Source: Fervidobacterium sp.
Lineage (GTDB): Bacteria > Thermotogota > Thermotogae > Thermotogales > Fervidobacteriaceae
Assembly (NCBI GenBank): GCA_049970055.1
Contig: JBMFNR010000001.1
Span: 256,001 to 320,000, forward strand
Length of the DNA stretch: 64,000 nucleotides
Direction of reading: 5' to 3'
This document shows, in pieces, positions 46,375 to 56,259 of the stretch. Every line of letters begins with the position of its first letter. Position 1 is the first letter of the stretch. The notes under the pieces are model-generated. The model was given only the letters and a program-made list of their open reading frames with translations. It was not told where the DNA came from and searched no databases. A program made the position numbers and the translations under genes.

Positions 46375-48108
46375 CTAAATTCTTTCAAAAAAGCTATCCA
46401 ATTGAGAGTATGTTAACTTCATCATAATAGGCCTTCCATGAGGACAGGTAAGTAAACTTTTTCTTTTTATTTCTTCAATCAATTTTATTACTTCATCTTT
46501 AGAAAGTTTATCCCCTGTTTTTACCGCGGCTTTGCAAGATTTCGATGCGAGAACGTAAGTTAGCCCCTTCGGTTTTTCGAAAGGAATTCTGTACTCATCA
46601 AGTACTTCCAAAAATACATCCGATGCATCTGTAACCTTCAGTATAGAGGGTATCTGTTTTAAAATAACACTACCTGAGCCGTCTTCGTTTTCTTTCACTT
46701 CAAAATCAAATCCGAGTTCTTGAAATTCATTTTTCATCTGCTGAGTAAGTTGAAGCATGCTTTTACTAATCTTAATTTCGATGGGTAAGAGTAGAGGCAC
46801 GCTTTCAAAATTCCTTTCTTTCAGTTGTTCAAATATTATCCTCTCGTGTGCCGCATGGAAATCTACTACAGTTAATCCATCACGATCTTCGAAAACTATA
46901 TACCTGTTACGTATAATTAAATATTCAGCAGGCAAATAAAAATCTTTTTCTTCTGTGAGGAAGACAGGTTGGAAAATTTTTGACGCTTCAGACACTACTT
47001 GCATATCTTGTTTGCCCGGGTTATATGTTAAATTTTTGAGAAGATTTTCAGAATAAGATTGGTAATTTGATGTAGTTTGATCGAAAGTTCCTTCATCTAT
47101 TTTTTTACCAATTACCAGGTTGTATGAGCTGAATTTTCTAAGATTTTCACGAATCGTTCTTGCAAGCTTATTGTAAACCACTTGCGGGTCTGAGAATTTC
47201 ACCTGTAATTTCTGTGGATGAATATTTACATCGATCTTATCCGGTGAGAGATCCAAGAAAATTACAGCGTACGGATGACTTCCTTGGGTTATTGATTCGC
47301 CGTACCCTCTTTCAAGTGCAAGATTCAAAAGATTATCCAGAACAAATCGTTTGTTAACGAAAAAAACTTGACCAGATCGATTCTTTCTTACGTACTGCGG
47401 TGATGAAATAACACCAGAGATCAGAACATTTTCGCTAAGATCATGATCGATTGGCTTGAACTCTTTGACTTCCGGAAATATGATTGAGAACCTGTCTTGT
47501 AAGGTTCCAGGATGTGCGTTGTATACCGTTTCATCTTCAACTTTAAATAAAAACTTTACATCCGGCCTTATAAGCATGAACTTTTCAATGATCTCCGTTA
47601 CCATACGTGTTTCTACCCTTTCGGAAGACAAAAATTTTCTTCTCGCTGGTATATTGTAAAGTAGATCGTAAACCTCCACTGTCGTACCCTTATCTCTGTG
47701 TGTTTCAGAAATCTTCGCGATTTTTCCACCTACAACTTCAAGTTTGTAGGCTGCATTGCCATCGCAAGATGTGATAACTGTTCTTGAGACCTCAACAATG
47801 GAAGCGAGTGCTTCACCGCGAAATCCATACGAATAGATGCTATATATATCTTCAATGGTTGAAATCTTACTCGTGGTAAATCGTTGTACAGCCAAGAGGA
47901 TATCTTCTTTTGACATCCCCGATCCATTATCCGATACCTTGATGTAAGATTTTCCACCATTTTTTATAACGACTTCAATGCTACTCGCGCCTGCGTCTAA
48001 ACTGTTCTCTATAAGCTCCTTTACAACGGAAGCAGGATTCACAACAACTTCGCCTGCAGCGATTTTTGAAACCACTTCCTGTGGAAGTTTCTTTATGATA
48101 GGCAACAA
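46375..48108 (-). CDS. mutL: DNA mismatch repair endonuclease MutL
   Basis: IAAGEVV, KELIENSLDAGA, GFRGEAL, DVNIHP.K, D.HAAHER, CPHGRP. Confidence 0.97.
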   Translation of the reverse strand: MLPIIKKLPQEVVSKIAAGEVVVNPASVVKELIENSLDAGASSIEVVIKNGGKSYIKVSDNGSGMSKEDILLAVQRFTTSKISTIEDIYSIYSYGFRGEALASIVEVSRTVITSCDGNAAYKLEVVGGKIAKISETHRDKGTTVEVYDLLYNIPARRKFLSSERVETRMVTEIIEKFMLIRPDVKFLFKVEDETVYNAHPGTLQDRFSIIFPEVKEFKPIDHDLSENVLISGVISSPQYVRKNRSGQVFFVNKRFVLDNLLNLALERGYGESITQGSHPYAVIFLDLSPDKIDVNIHPQKLQVKFSDPQVVYNKLARTIRENLRKFSSYNLVIGKKIDEGTFDQTTSNYQSYSENLLKNLTYNPGKQDMQVVSEASKIFQPVFLTEEKDFYLPAEYLIIRNRYIVFEDRDGLTVVDFHAAHERIIFEQLKERNFESVPLLLPIEIKISKSMLQLTQQMKNEFQELGFDFEVKENEDGSGSVILKQIPSILKVTDASDVFLEVLDEYRIPFEKPKGLTYVLASKSCKAAVKTGDKLSKDEVIKLIEEIKRKSLLTCPHGRPIMMKLTYSQLDSFFERI

Positions 48109-48189
48109 ATATCACTCCTCTAAACTACCTTATAATGTAACACGACTTGCTGTAAAATATTATACTATACTAAATACCATAATGAAATG

Positions 48190-48219
48190 AAAAAAAGGCA
48201 TCCCAAATGGGATGCCTTT
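48190..48219 (-). terminator. Intrinsic terminator
   Basis: aaaggcatccca-aa-tgggatgccttt hairpin with a U tract on the minus strand. Confidence 0.8.
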
Positions 48220-48233
48220 GATATTCTTAAATA

Positions 48234-49484
48234 TTATAGTCCACCGGAGAGCGTCAAAGCAACACCTACACCTGGTGTCGTCTGACCTACTGGAATTATT
48301 TGATTTGTCGTTGCGGTCAATTTAAGATCTGCATTAACAAAGAACAAGTTAACTCCAAGCCCAAGCGTGTGCGAATAGCCAGCTGAATTCATTCCAAGCA
48401 TGTAGTATATCTTCGTAATACCAAGGTTGAAACCTGCAAATCCTTTTGCCATCCAATTTCCGTCCATCCAATAACTTCCAGCGATTCCCCACATCAGAAA
48501 ACTTCCACCTTTTAGGTACGCTGAAATTTGCATTGGTGGTATGGCTTCAGCAGGCTCAATTAAGTAAGAAACAGACGGTTCGGCAAAATTATACGTTGCA
48601 TCGTACGTTATATTTGTCCCATCACCTGTATAAACAATCTTTCCATCTGCTGCAACATCTATAGCATAAGTTGCTTTAGCTGGTAAGATAACAAAGTTCT
48701 TAATAGCAATCCCGAAATTATCCCAACCAAGTCCAAAGTCCAACGAAACGCCTGCGTAATTTTGGATAAATGAATTGATTGAACCCGTTTCCAAAGCGTT
48801 TTTTGCATCATTTATTAATGTGTCTATAGCATAGTTTATGTCTGTGAGTAAGTAGCTGCTTAACAGCCTTGCATTTGCACTCACATTAAGTTCTGCATAT
48901 GCCGGACTAGCAGAGGATGTGTAAGAAGCACTAGCAATTGTATGATCCTTATCACTAATTGCAACTGGAGAATATAAATTTGCACCTATATACAAGGGTC
49001 CAAGTACGACGGCCCCACCAACATTCATAACAATGTTTGCTTTCAGGAACTCTTGTACTTCGTCTTCATATGTTTGTCCGGTTTTTGTTTCATCGAAAAG
49101 TAAACTTGAGAACGTTTTAGGAATCTTAATCCCTATATTTCCATCAATTTTTGCGTACGGAATGAGCCTAAAACCAAACAAATTAAAATGACCGTACATT
49201 CCCATGTTTGCGTTGACAAATATATTTAGACCTTCATTTACAACTGCGCTCATAGCATCTTTGTCGATAACTATCTCTTCTTCGTTAAGAAACGCATTCA
49301 GGTTGTCTATATTGAGCAGATTTTGTGAAATTTCTATATCGGCAAATGGAACGACCTTAAAAAGTGCAGTCATATCCTCTTTTACAAGAGAGATATTACC
49401 GTACGGTCCAAATGGTTGTATAACCATTGGGTATGAAACAATCGACGTGAAAATAAATATCAATGCGATGAATTTTATTCTCAT
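48234..49484 (-). CDS. Putative outer-membrane (toga) beta-barrel protein
   Basis: Signal peptide; Gly/aromatic-rich amphipathic strands at the C-terminus (GVSLDFGLG, SHTLGLGVNL, GVGVALTLSGG). Confidence 0.55.
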   Translation of the reverse strand: MRIKFIALIFIFTSIVSYPMVIQPFGPYGNISLVKEDMTALFKVVPFADIEISQNLLNIDNLNAFLNEEEIVIDKDAMSAVVNEGLNIFVNANMGMYGHFNLFGFRLIPYAKIDGNIGIKIPKTFSSLLFDETKTGQTYEDEVQEFLKANIVMNVGGAVVLGPLYIGANLYSPVAISDKDHTIASASYTSSASPAYAELNVSANARLLSSYLLTDINYAIDTLINDAKNALETGSINSFIQNYAGVSLDFGLGWDNFGIAIKNFVILPAKATYAIDVAADGKIVYTGDGTNITYDATYNFAEPSVSYLIEPAEAIPPMQISAYLKGGSFLMWGIAGSYWMDGNWMAKGFAGFNLGITKIYYMLGMNSAGYSHTLGLGVNLFFVNADLKLTATTNQIIPVGQTTPGVGVALTLSGGL

Positions 49485-49499
49485 AAGTATCACCTCACT

Positions 49500-52034
49500 T
49501 CAGTTTGATCGGAGATTAACGCTAGTTGCAACTTCAAGGTCTACCGCCAGGAATGGTGCTATGTTTAGAGTACCGTTGTAATTTAAACCAATAGTTTTAC
49601 CTGCAGGAACAATTATTTCCCACGGTGTGGCATTGCTGGCAAGCAATTCTAACTTATCTTTTGGTATTTCAACAACGGTATTACTATTATCACCACTGTT
49701 TATATCAACTTGCACAATCGGTTGCCCGTTGGGATACTTACCCAAATTCAACCGAGCTTGAAGACCTGTAGTATTGTTAAATACTGAGAATTTCAATTTT
49801 GCCACTTTAACTATGTCTTTTAAATTTTCCAATGATGAAAGGTCAATTGTACCATCTTTTACTTTCACGTCTGTGGGCGCATGCAGTTGTAAAGGTATAT
49901 TACTTTCCAATGTAAAAATAATCTCACTATCGGTAGCTAATGTTCCTCCGCCTGTATCCATCTCTATCGACATCGTAAGCTGTTCTTTATTTTTAATTAG
50001 CCGCTTTATTATGTTGCCAATGTCAACTCGTGTACCTTTTGTTAAATACACCTTATCGCCACTGATTGTCAGCGTTGCATCTGGCGAGAGCGTTGAATTT
50101 GTAACATCAAACCCCACAAGAGCTTCAATGTTGAAGTCAAAGCTGCTTAAGAAGTCAAAATCTTCTGGGAAAAGGTTTCCAAAGTCGTAAATCGTACCGA
50201 AATCTTGGGTAAATGTTGCATTCTTTAATGAAACTTCGGTAATTTCAAACTTCTCGAATTTCGGGCTGATTGAGAGATTTATTCCATCTTTTAGTAGCAC
50301 ATTTTCAACGATTATTGGAACTGAAAGTGTAGGTGTTATCGTCATATTAAACGCTTGGAATGTTGCGAAGTCAATAGTTTTATTTTCAGCTTTTAATGAA
50401 ATTGTCCCTGTTCCATTTAGATTATGCTGACCTTCACCACTCGTTAGGAAATTGGATGCAATTGTCAACTGGACTGCTGATGTGATATTTGAGACGTCGT
50501 AATTCAAATCTATTTGTAAATCAATTGTTGCACTATTTGCTAAATCTTTTACAAAATCTGGAATTGGTTGGTTTACCACGATTGGTTGGACTGCTGTTGC
50601 ACTCATCAATTTTGCCATACTAATTTTTGCGTCGTTTGAAGCTGAAGATGAGTATGTTATCGAGGGGCTACTGACATCAGCATCAATATGAACGTTTAAA
50701 CTTGCCGGTAAACTTACATTGGTAAGTGGTAAAGCCAAACTTTCGTCTTCTAAAACCACTGAATTACCACCAAATGTACCACTCACGTTTGTTAACGACA
50801 AACCGTTGAAGGACAGGTAAATTTTCCCCTGACTGAAAGTAAGTTCTTGTACATTTTCTGGTAGAGGGATATTTATTGCTAATGGATAATCCTTTATCGA
50901 AATCACATTAACACTTGGGGTTACTCTAATCTTTGGCATTTGAGTTCTAAAATCTGCACTGACCGTACCTGTGAGTGTGATTACTCCTTCTATTGTAATT
51001 CCATCACTAAGTGTGAAAAATTTTGTATTATCGATACTTATAGTCGCTGTTTTGCCACTTCCACTCCCCGTTCCTATCGTTGTTGATCCTGATTTCAAAG
51101 TAAATTGTTGACTTATATTTCCCGTTATGTTGGCTATAATTTCGGTGGGTATAGTACCTGAGAGCTTCATTTGCCAGTTTTCAGACGACGTAAATATCTG
51201 ATTGTTAATGTTTATTTCAATTTTTCCATTACTAAGCTGTGATGTATCAAGGTCTTTGAAGTAGTTCAAAGCGGGATTTTTGAATTCAAGTGATATTTGG
51301 GCATACCCTGATGTTGAAGCATTGAATTTAATTTGAACGTTTGATGATTTTTTTACCAAAAGGTTTGTTACAGGTACCTCTGCCCCGTTGTTTAAGTTGA
51401 CGTTTCTTCCATCGACTGCTAATTGAACATTAGAAACACTCACGCCTGTTATATTTATGTACACATTGACTGTGTAAAAGTTGGCCTCGCTAAAATATAG
51501 AGAATCAAGTATTGAGCTTGGTATTGTAATTGAATTTGCACCGATATTTATTGGAACACCTTGATTTTCCAAAAGTGTTAAATTATCTACAGGTATCGCT
51601 GCACTTCCCAAAAACGGTGATAATTCCGTTACCACAAAGGAAGGAAGTGTTACACTACCAGACAACTGGCTTAAAAATTGTGACGCATCGATTCTGATGT
51701 TAAAATTATTGGACAAATTTCCCAGTTCTTGCTGTATCTGCTTTTGTACCTCTTTAAGCAACGTTGCTGGGCTGTATTCTACCTGTGTTGCAAAACTTAA
51801 TACGATTGGATCTTCTTTCCTCAATGTTAGATAATTTGGCATATTATTTTCGAATTGCGATGTGAGATCTTTAACTTTGAGATCATAGGTGGTAATTGGA
51901 AATTCCAAGTATTTTGTGTATTTCACACTAACTTTCTCTGGAGCCTTCTGCGGAATTCTCAAACCACATGAAAATACAAATATTAAGACAAAAGCCGTAG
52001 ATAAGATCAAATATACTCTCTTTGAACCTTTCAT
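49500..52034 (-). CDS. Large beta-rich lipoprotein of unknown function
   Basis: Lipobox VFSC; 844 aa rich in S/T/N/I/V alternating strands. Confidence 0.7.
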   Translation of the reverse strand: MKGSKRVYLILSTAFVLIFVFSCGLRIPQKAPEKVSVKYTKYLEFPITTYDLKVKDLTSQFENNMPNYLTLRKEDPIVLSFATQVEYSPATLLKEVQKQIQQELGNLSNNFNIRIDASQFLSQLSGSVTLPSFVVTELSPFLGSAAIPVDNLTLLENQGVPINIGANSITIPSSILDSLYFSEANFYTVNVYINITGVSVSNVQLAVDGRNVNLNNGAEVPVTNLLVKKSSNVQIKFNASTSGYAQISLEFKNPALNYFKDLDTSQLSNGKIEININNQIFTSSENWQMKLSGTIPTEIIANITGNISQQFTLKSGSTTIGTGSGSGKTATISIDNTKFFTLSDGITIEGVITLTGTVSADFRTQMPKIRVTPSVNVISIKDYPLAINIPLPENVQELTFSQGKIYLSFNGLSLTNVSGTFGGNSVVLEDESLALPLTNVSLPASLNVHIDADVSSPSITYSSSASNDAKISMAKLMSATAVQPIVVNQPIPDFVKDLANSATIDLQIDLNYDVSNITSAVQLTIASNFLTSGEGQHNLNGTGTISLKAENKTIDFATFQAFNMTITPTLSVPIIVENVLLKDGINLSISPKFEKFEITEVSLKNATFTQDFGTIYDFGNLFPEDFDFLSSFDFNIEALVGFDVTNSTLSPDATLTISGDKVYLTKGTRVDIGNIIKRLIKNKEQLTMSIEMDTGGGTLATDSEIIFTLESNIPLQLHAPTDVKVKDGTIDLSSLENLKDIVKVAKLKFSVFNNTTGLQARLNLGKYPNGQPIVQVDINSGDNSNTVVEIPKDKLELLASNATPWEIIVPAGKTIGLNYNGTLNIAPFLAVDLEVATSVNLRSN

Positions 52035-52251
52035 ACAACCACCACCTCCAAATAGATTAATCGGAAAATCAACTCAAATTTAACTCGCTACTCATTAGAC
52101 CATACAACAGAATATTTCGTTCAGGAAAAATAAAAATTAACTTTGAATACACTTGTAGGAATTCAGATCTATGTGGTAGAATATTATAGTAGAATATTGT
52201 GCTAAAATACATATGTAACCCTAAAAAGGCTATATCATGGGGGCAGATTAT

Positions 52252-52647
52252 ATGAGTAATTCAATTTTTAATTCAAATTTTGACACACTTAAAACGGCTC
52301 TCGACGTGCAGATGAAACGTCAAGAGTTGCATGCACAAAACATAGCAAATGTAGAAACACCAGGATACAAAAGAAAATACATTGCATTTGAGGAATACTT
52401 ACAGGATTCAAAAATGAAATTGCAGATAACAAGAACAAACGAAAAACACCTTTCCACGCTACCAAAAGTTGTCAACGCGAAAGAAGTAACTCAAACAAAC
52501 ACATCATTAACAAACGACAGAAACAACGTAGATATCGACATGGAAGTTACAGAAATGGTAAAGGATGCATTGCGTTATCAAGTTCTTTCGAGACTTATGA
52601 GTGCAAATATTGACAGGTACAACACAGTTATTAGAAACACAAGATAA
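52252..52647 (+). CDS. flgB: Flagellar basal-body rod protein FlgB
   Basis: NIANVETPGYK, DRNNVDIDME. Confidence 0.95.
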   Translation: MSNSIFNSNFDTLKTALDVQMKRQELHAQNIANVETPGYKRKYIAFEEYLQDSKMKLQITRTNEKHLSTLPKVVNAKEVTQTNTSLTNDRNNVDIDMEVTEMVKDALRYQVLSRLMSANIDRYNTVIRNTR

Positions 52648-52686
52648 GATATTGAAAATTTAAAGTACATTTAAGAGGTGAGAAAT

Positions 52687-53103
52687 GTGCAAAGCGAATT
52701 CAACATTATGAACATTTCCTCAACAGGACTATCTGCGCAAAGGTTAAGGATAGAAATTATCTCAACTAACATTGCGAACTCTGAGACAACAAGAACGGAA
52801 AACGGAGGTCCATACAGAAGAAAAGTACCAGTTTTTCAAGAGTTAATAAGGAATGTAAACGGTGAAAAGGAAAATGGCGGAGTGATAGTGAAGAGTATAT
52901 ACGAAGACCCATCAGAGTTTCGGATAGTATACGATCCGACGCACCCAGATGCCGATGAAAACGGTTACGTTAGACTGCCCAATGTCAATATTGTTCGCGA
53001 GATGGTTGATATGATAAATGCACAAAGAGCTTATGAAGCAAATGCAACTGCAATAAATACGACAAAGGCTATGATCAATGCTGCCCTTCAGATAGGGAGG
53101 TGA
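52687..53103 (+). CDS. flgC: Flagellar basal-body rod protein FlgC
   Basis: NIANSETTR, YDPTHPDA, PNVN..EMVDMI.AQRAYEAN. Confidence 0.96.
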   Translation: MQSEFNIMNISSTGLSAQRLRIEIISTNIANSETTRTENGGPYRRKVPVFQELIRNVNGEKENGGVIVKSIYEDPSEFRIVYDPTHPDADENGYVRLPNVNIVREMVDMINAQRAYEANATAINTTKAMINAALQIGR

Positions 53104-53109
53104 TGGCAA

Positions 53110-53400
53110 ATGATAGATAAAATTAGTGGAGTTAATAATCAAATCCAAAGTACCACAAAAGTTCAGCAAAAAAATGATAATAGCGAGTTTAGTCAGATAC
53201 TCTCGCAAGCTTTAAAAACGGTAAACGAGCAGCAGAAAAATGTTGAACAGATGTCAGACGATTATGCGAAAGGGAAGATAAGCAATATCCACGAGCTTAT
53301 CGTAGAAGCTGAGAAAGCATCAATTTCTTTGCGCCTTACCGTCGAGGTTAGAAACAGAATAGTCGATGCTTATAGGGAAATAATGAGAATGCAATTTTAA
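53110..53400 (+). CDS. fliE: Flagellar hook-basal body protein FliE
   Basis: [17 protein letters not shown]-terminus; follows flgBC. Confidence 0.95.
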   Translation: MIDKISGVNNQIQSTTKVQQKNDNSEFSQILSQALKTVNEQQKNVEQMSDDYAKGKISNIHELIVEAEKASISLRLTVEVRNRIVDAYREIMRMQF

Positions 53401-53421
53401 ATACAACAGAGTCTAATAATT

Positions 53422-53453
53422 AAAAAAAGCGGGGGAATTGTCCCCGCTTTTTT
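53422..53453. terminator. Bidirectional intrinsic terminator
   Basis: aaaaaagcgggg-gaattgt-ccccgctttttt. Confidence 0.85.
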
Positions 53454-53467
53454 ATTGGCGTTTTTTA

Positions 53468-54382
53468 TTACGGCCTTACAAATGGTATTATAATTCCCAA
53501 AATACCAGCGATAACTCCAAGCCATGCAATCATATTTATGTTGTCCACTTTTTCATTGAGCGCATTTATCTTTGATGTTGTTTCGCTTGAGATATTCGTT
53601 ACATCCGCTTTTGTTGCGTAGTCGGCGAGTTTTGTATTGATATTCTTCTCAAGATCATTAATTTGTTTTCTGAGTAAGTAATCTGTGTCGCCAATTTGTG
53701 CGGCCAGTCCTGTGAGTATATCGTTCAAACTGGAGACACTATCGAACAACTCTGTTAAAGATGCTTCAAGCATATCAACTTGTTCCCTATCAGCTTTTGC
53801 GGACAAATTATCGTAGATATTTACTATATCTTGGTCGTGCATGTCAAGCTTTAAAGCAATTGGTTCAAGCTCGTCGAGCATTCCTATCTTTTCTTGAATT
53901 GCTGCAACTTGCTCGGAAAGTGTACCAAGCGTTTCGTAAATCTTTAAAATATCGGAATCATGAATGTCAAGTGTAACTTTCAAATCTTCCAAAGCTGTTT
54001 GAAATTCGGTTGAGGATGCTAATTGTTCTTGAAGCGAAGACACCGAAATCTCAACATACGAAGTGAGTCTTTCTTCCAACGCGGCTAGGTTTGATGAAAG
54101 TTCGTATAGCATGTCCCTAAGAGCTGGTAAACCGGTGTCGACGGTATTCTTAACATTTAGTAAATCAGTTTCAATATTTGAAAGCCTTAACTCCACGTCT
54201 GATGCGTATGCTTCAAAATCATCGACACTGAGTTTTGTTCCAACAGTGTCATATATCATGTTCGTGTACTCTTCAAGAAGTTCAATCCTGTTTAAAAGAG
54301 CGTTGATATCCACTGTTTCATCTTGTGCGAAAACCATTAAACCAAAAAACAAGACCGCAAGAATAATCCCCAGTTTTCTCAT
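53468..54382 (-). CDS. Secreted acidic coiled-coil protein with C-terminal membrane anchor (Omp-alpha-like, no SLH domain)
   Basis: Signal peptide, heptad pattern, C-terminal hydrophobic tail; shares blocks with the SLH protein at 62906. Confidence 0.75.
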   Translation of the reverse strand: MRKLGIILAVLFFGLMVFAQDETVDINALLNRIELLEEYTNMIYDTVGTKLSVDDFEAYASDVELRLSNIETDLLNVKNTVDTGLPALRDMLYELSSNLAALEERLTSYVEISVSSLQEQLASSTEFQTALEDLKVTLDIHDSDILKIYETLGTLSEQVAAIQEKIGMLDELEPIALKLDMHDQDIVNIYDNLSAKADREQVDMLEASLTELFDSVSSLNDILTGLAAQIGDTDYLLRKQINDLEKNINTKLADYATKADVTNISSETTSKINALNEKVDNINMIAWLGVIAGILGIIIPFVRP

Positions 54383-54666
54383 AATGTTCCCTCCTTCTTT
54401 CAAAAGTGTGATGTGAAAAAACAATCAAACCTACCAAAAAATTATACCACCGAAATTTTGTTACAGCAAAGGATCGCAATTACTAACCAAAATCTATTAT
54501 ATCACTTTAAAACATGTTTTTGCAAATATTTTTTTATTTTCTGCGAAAATCACATAACAAGTTCAAATTTAACAAATTCAGCAAATGAAAATTGAACTTG
54601 CTTAAGTACGCCAAGTATCTTCCAATCCTCTCCAAAAAAATCGAAGGTTGTCAACACTATTGTAAC

Positions 54667-54695
54667 TTGACACACCGCTATTTTTATTGTATCAT
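54667..54695 (+). promoter_or_regulatory. Sigma70 promoter of rpsO
   Basis: TTGACA-N17-TATCAT. Confidence 0.7.
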
Positions 54696-54770
54696 ACTTT
54701 TGCCCTTGCTCGGTTGGAGGCATAAGCCACTTCTTGGCAAGTGGACAGCGTTTATCGGAGGTGTAGAAAG

Positions 54771-55025
54771 ATGAACAAAGAGGATATCATCAAGGAATTT
54801 CAGATCCATGACACAGACACAGGTAGCACAGCAGTCCAGATAGCGCTATTGACAGCGCGCATTAGGCACCTTACAGAACACCTTAAGAACCATCCAAAAG
54901 ATTATCACTCAAGACGCGGACTCATGAAGATGGTTGGAAGACGAAGAAAAATGCTTAAGTACCTTATGAAAAAAGATCCAGAGCTCTACAAACAACTCCT
55001 TGAAAAACTTTCACTTAGAAAGTAA
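54771..55025 (+). CDS. rpsO: 30S ribosomal protein S15
   Basis: [34 protein letters not shown] follows GGAGGTG. Confidence 0.98.
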   Translation: MNKEDIIKEFQIHDTDTGSTAVQIALLTARIRHLTEHLKNHPKDYHSRRGLMKMVGRRRKMLKYLMKKDPELYKQLLEKLSLRK

Positions 55026-55046
55026 GAAAGTAATTAAAAAATCATG

Positions 55047-55077
55047 ACAACAGGGCGGGAAACCGCCCGTTGTTTTT
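55047..55077 (+). terminator. Terminator after rpsO
   Basis: gggcgg-gaaa-ccgccc followed by gttgttttt. Confidence 0.75.
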
Positions 55078-55126
55078 AAATGACACGTTTAATGGCTTGT
55101 TTTTGAAATTATTTGGAGGTGCTTTC

Positions 55127-56167
55127 ATGGCTACCAATATCAATCTCCACAGATTGGATGCATACGATTACGAATTACCAGAAGAACTTATTGCACAAGT
55201 GCCGGTCGAACCTCGGGACCATTCAAGACTGATGGTGGTCAACAAAAATACTGGTGAGATTGAACATAGGATATTCAAGGATATAAAAGACTATCTTGAA
55301 CCAGGTGACCTGCTTGTTTTTAACACAAGCAAAGTTATTCCTGCAAGATTATTAGGCAGAAAAACGACAGGTGCACAGGTAGAATTGCTGTTACTTGAGA
55401 AGTTAAAACCGGGCATCTGGAAATGCCTTGTTAAACCTGGAAAAGCAGTTAAAGAAGGCACAGAAATTGTATTTCAAAATAATAACTCTAAATTGTTTGG
55501 AAAATGTATTGGACGAGCAGAAGAAGGAACAAGGATAATCGAGTTTTCCGAAAATGAAGATAGCATCATATTTTCATTCGGTGTTGTTCCGCTTCCTCAT
55601 TACATAAAGAACGAAAATGTGAGCATAGATAGGTATCAAACGGTTTACGCGAAGCACGAAGGAAGTGTAGCGGCACCAACTGCGGGACTGCATTTCACAA
55701 AAGAGCTTCTTGAAGAGTTGAAAAACAAAGGAGTAATTACAACTGAGGTTGTACTACATGTTGGCATTGGTACATTCAGACCTGTAAAATCTGAAGATAT
55801 AAGGCAACACAAAATGCACGAAGAATACTACATTGTCCCAGAAGAGACTGTAAAGCTCATAAACGAAACGAAACTATTGGGAAAAAGAGTAATCGCCGTT
55901 GGTACAACGAGTGTAAGAACACTTGAGACAATGGCAAAACTTGAAAAGCAATCTTCTTATTCGGGCAAAACAGATATTTTCATATTCCCACCTTTCGAAT
56001 TCAAAATCGTCGATGCGTTAATAACCAATTTTCACTTACCCAAATCATCTTTAATAATGCTTGTTAGTGCGTTTGCTGGTTATGACTTAACGATGAAAGC
56101 TTACAATATAGCAGTTCAACAACGGTATCGCTTTTTCTCATTTGGAGATGCTATGTTCATTTTCTAA
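55127..56167 (+). CDS. queA: SAM:tRNA ribosyltransferase-isomerase
   Basis: YDYELPEELIAQ, YQTVYA, AAPTAGLHF, LHVGIGTF, TNFHLPKS, YRFFSFGDAM. Confidence 0.97.
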   Translation: MATNINLHRLDAYDYELPEELIAQVPVEPRDHSRLMVVNKNTGEIEHRIFKDIKDYLEPGDLLVFNTSKVIPARLLGRKTTGAQVELLLLEKLKPGIWKCLVKPGKAVKEGTEIVFQNNNSKLFGKCIGRAEEGTRIIEFSENEDSIIFSFGVVPLPHYIKNENVSIDRYQTVYAKHEGSVAAPTAGLHFTKELLEELKNKGVITTEVVLHVGIGTFRPVKSEDIRQHKMHEEYYIVPEETVKLINETKLLGKRVIAVGTTSVRTLETMAKLEKQSSYSGKTDIFIFPPFEFKIVDALITNFHLPKSSLIMLVSAFAGYDLTMKAYNIAVQQRYRFFSFGDAMFIF

Positions 56168-56259
56168 GTTAACAATGTTAACAAAATCAATTGTAACAGA
56201 AAAAAATTGGTACTTGATATATAATAATCCTTTGGTGTAAAAAGTGATAGGGGTGTTCT

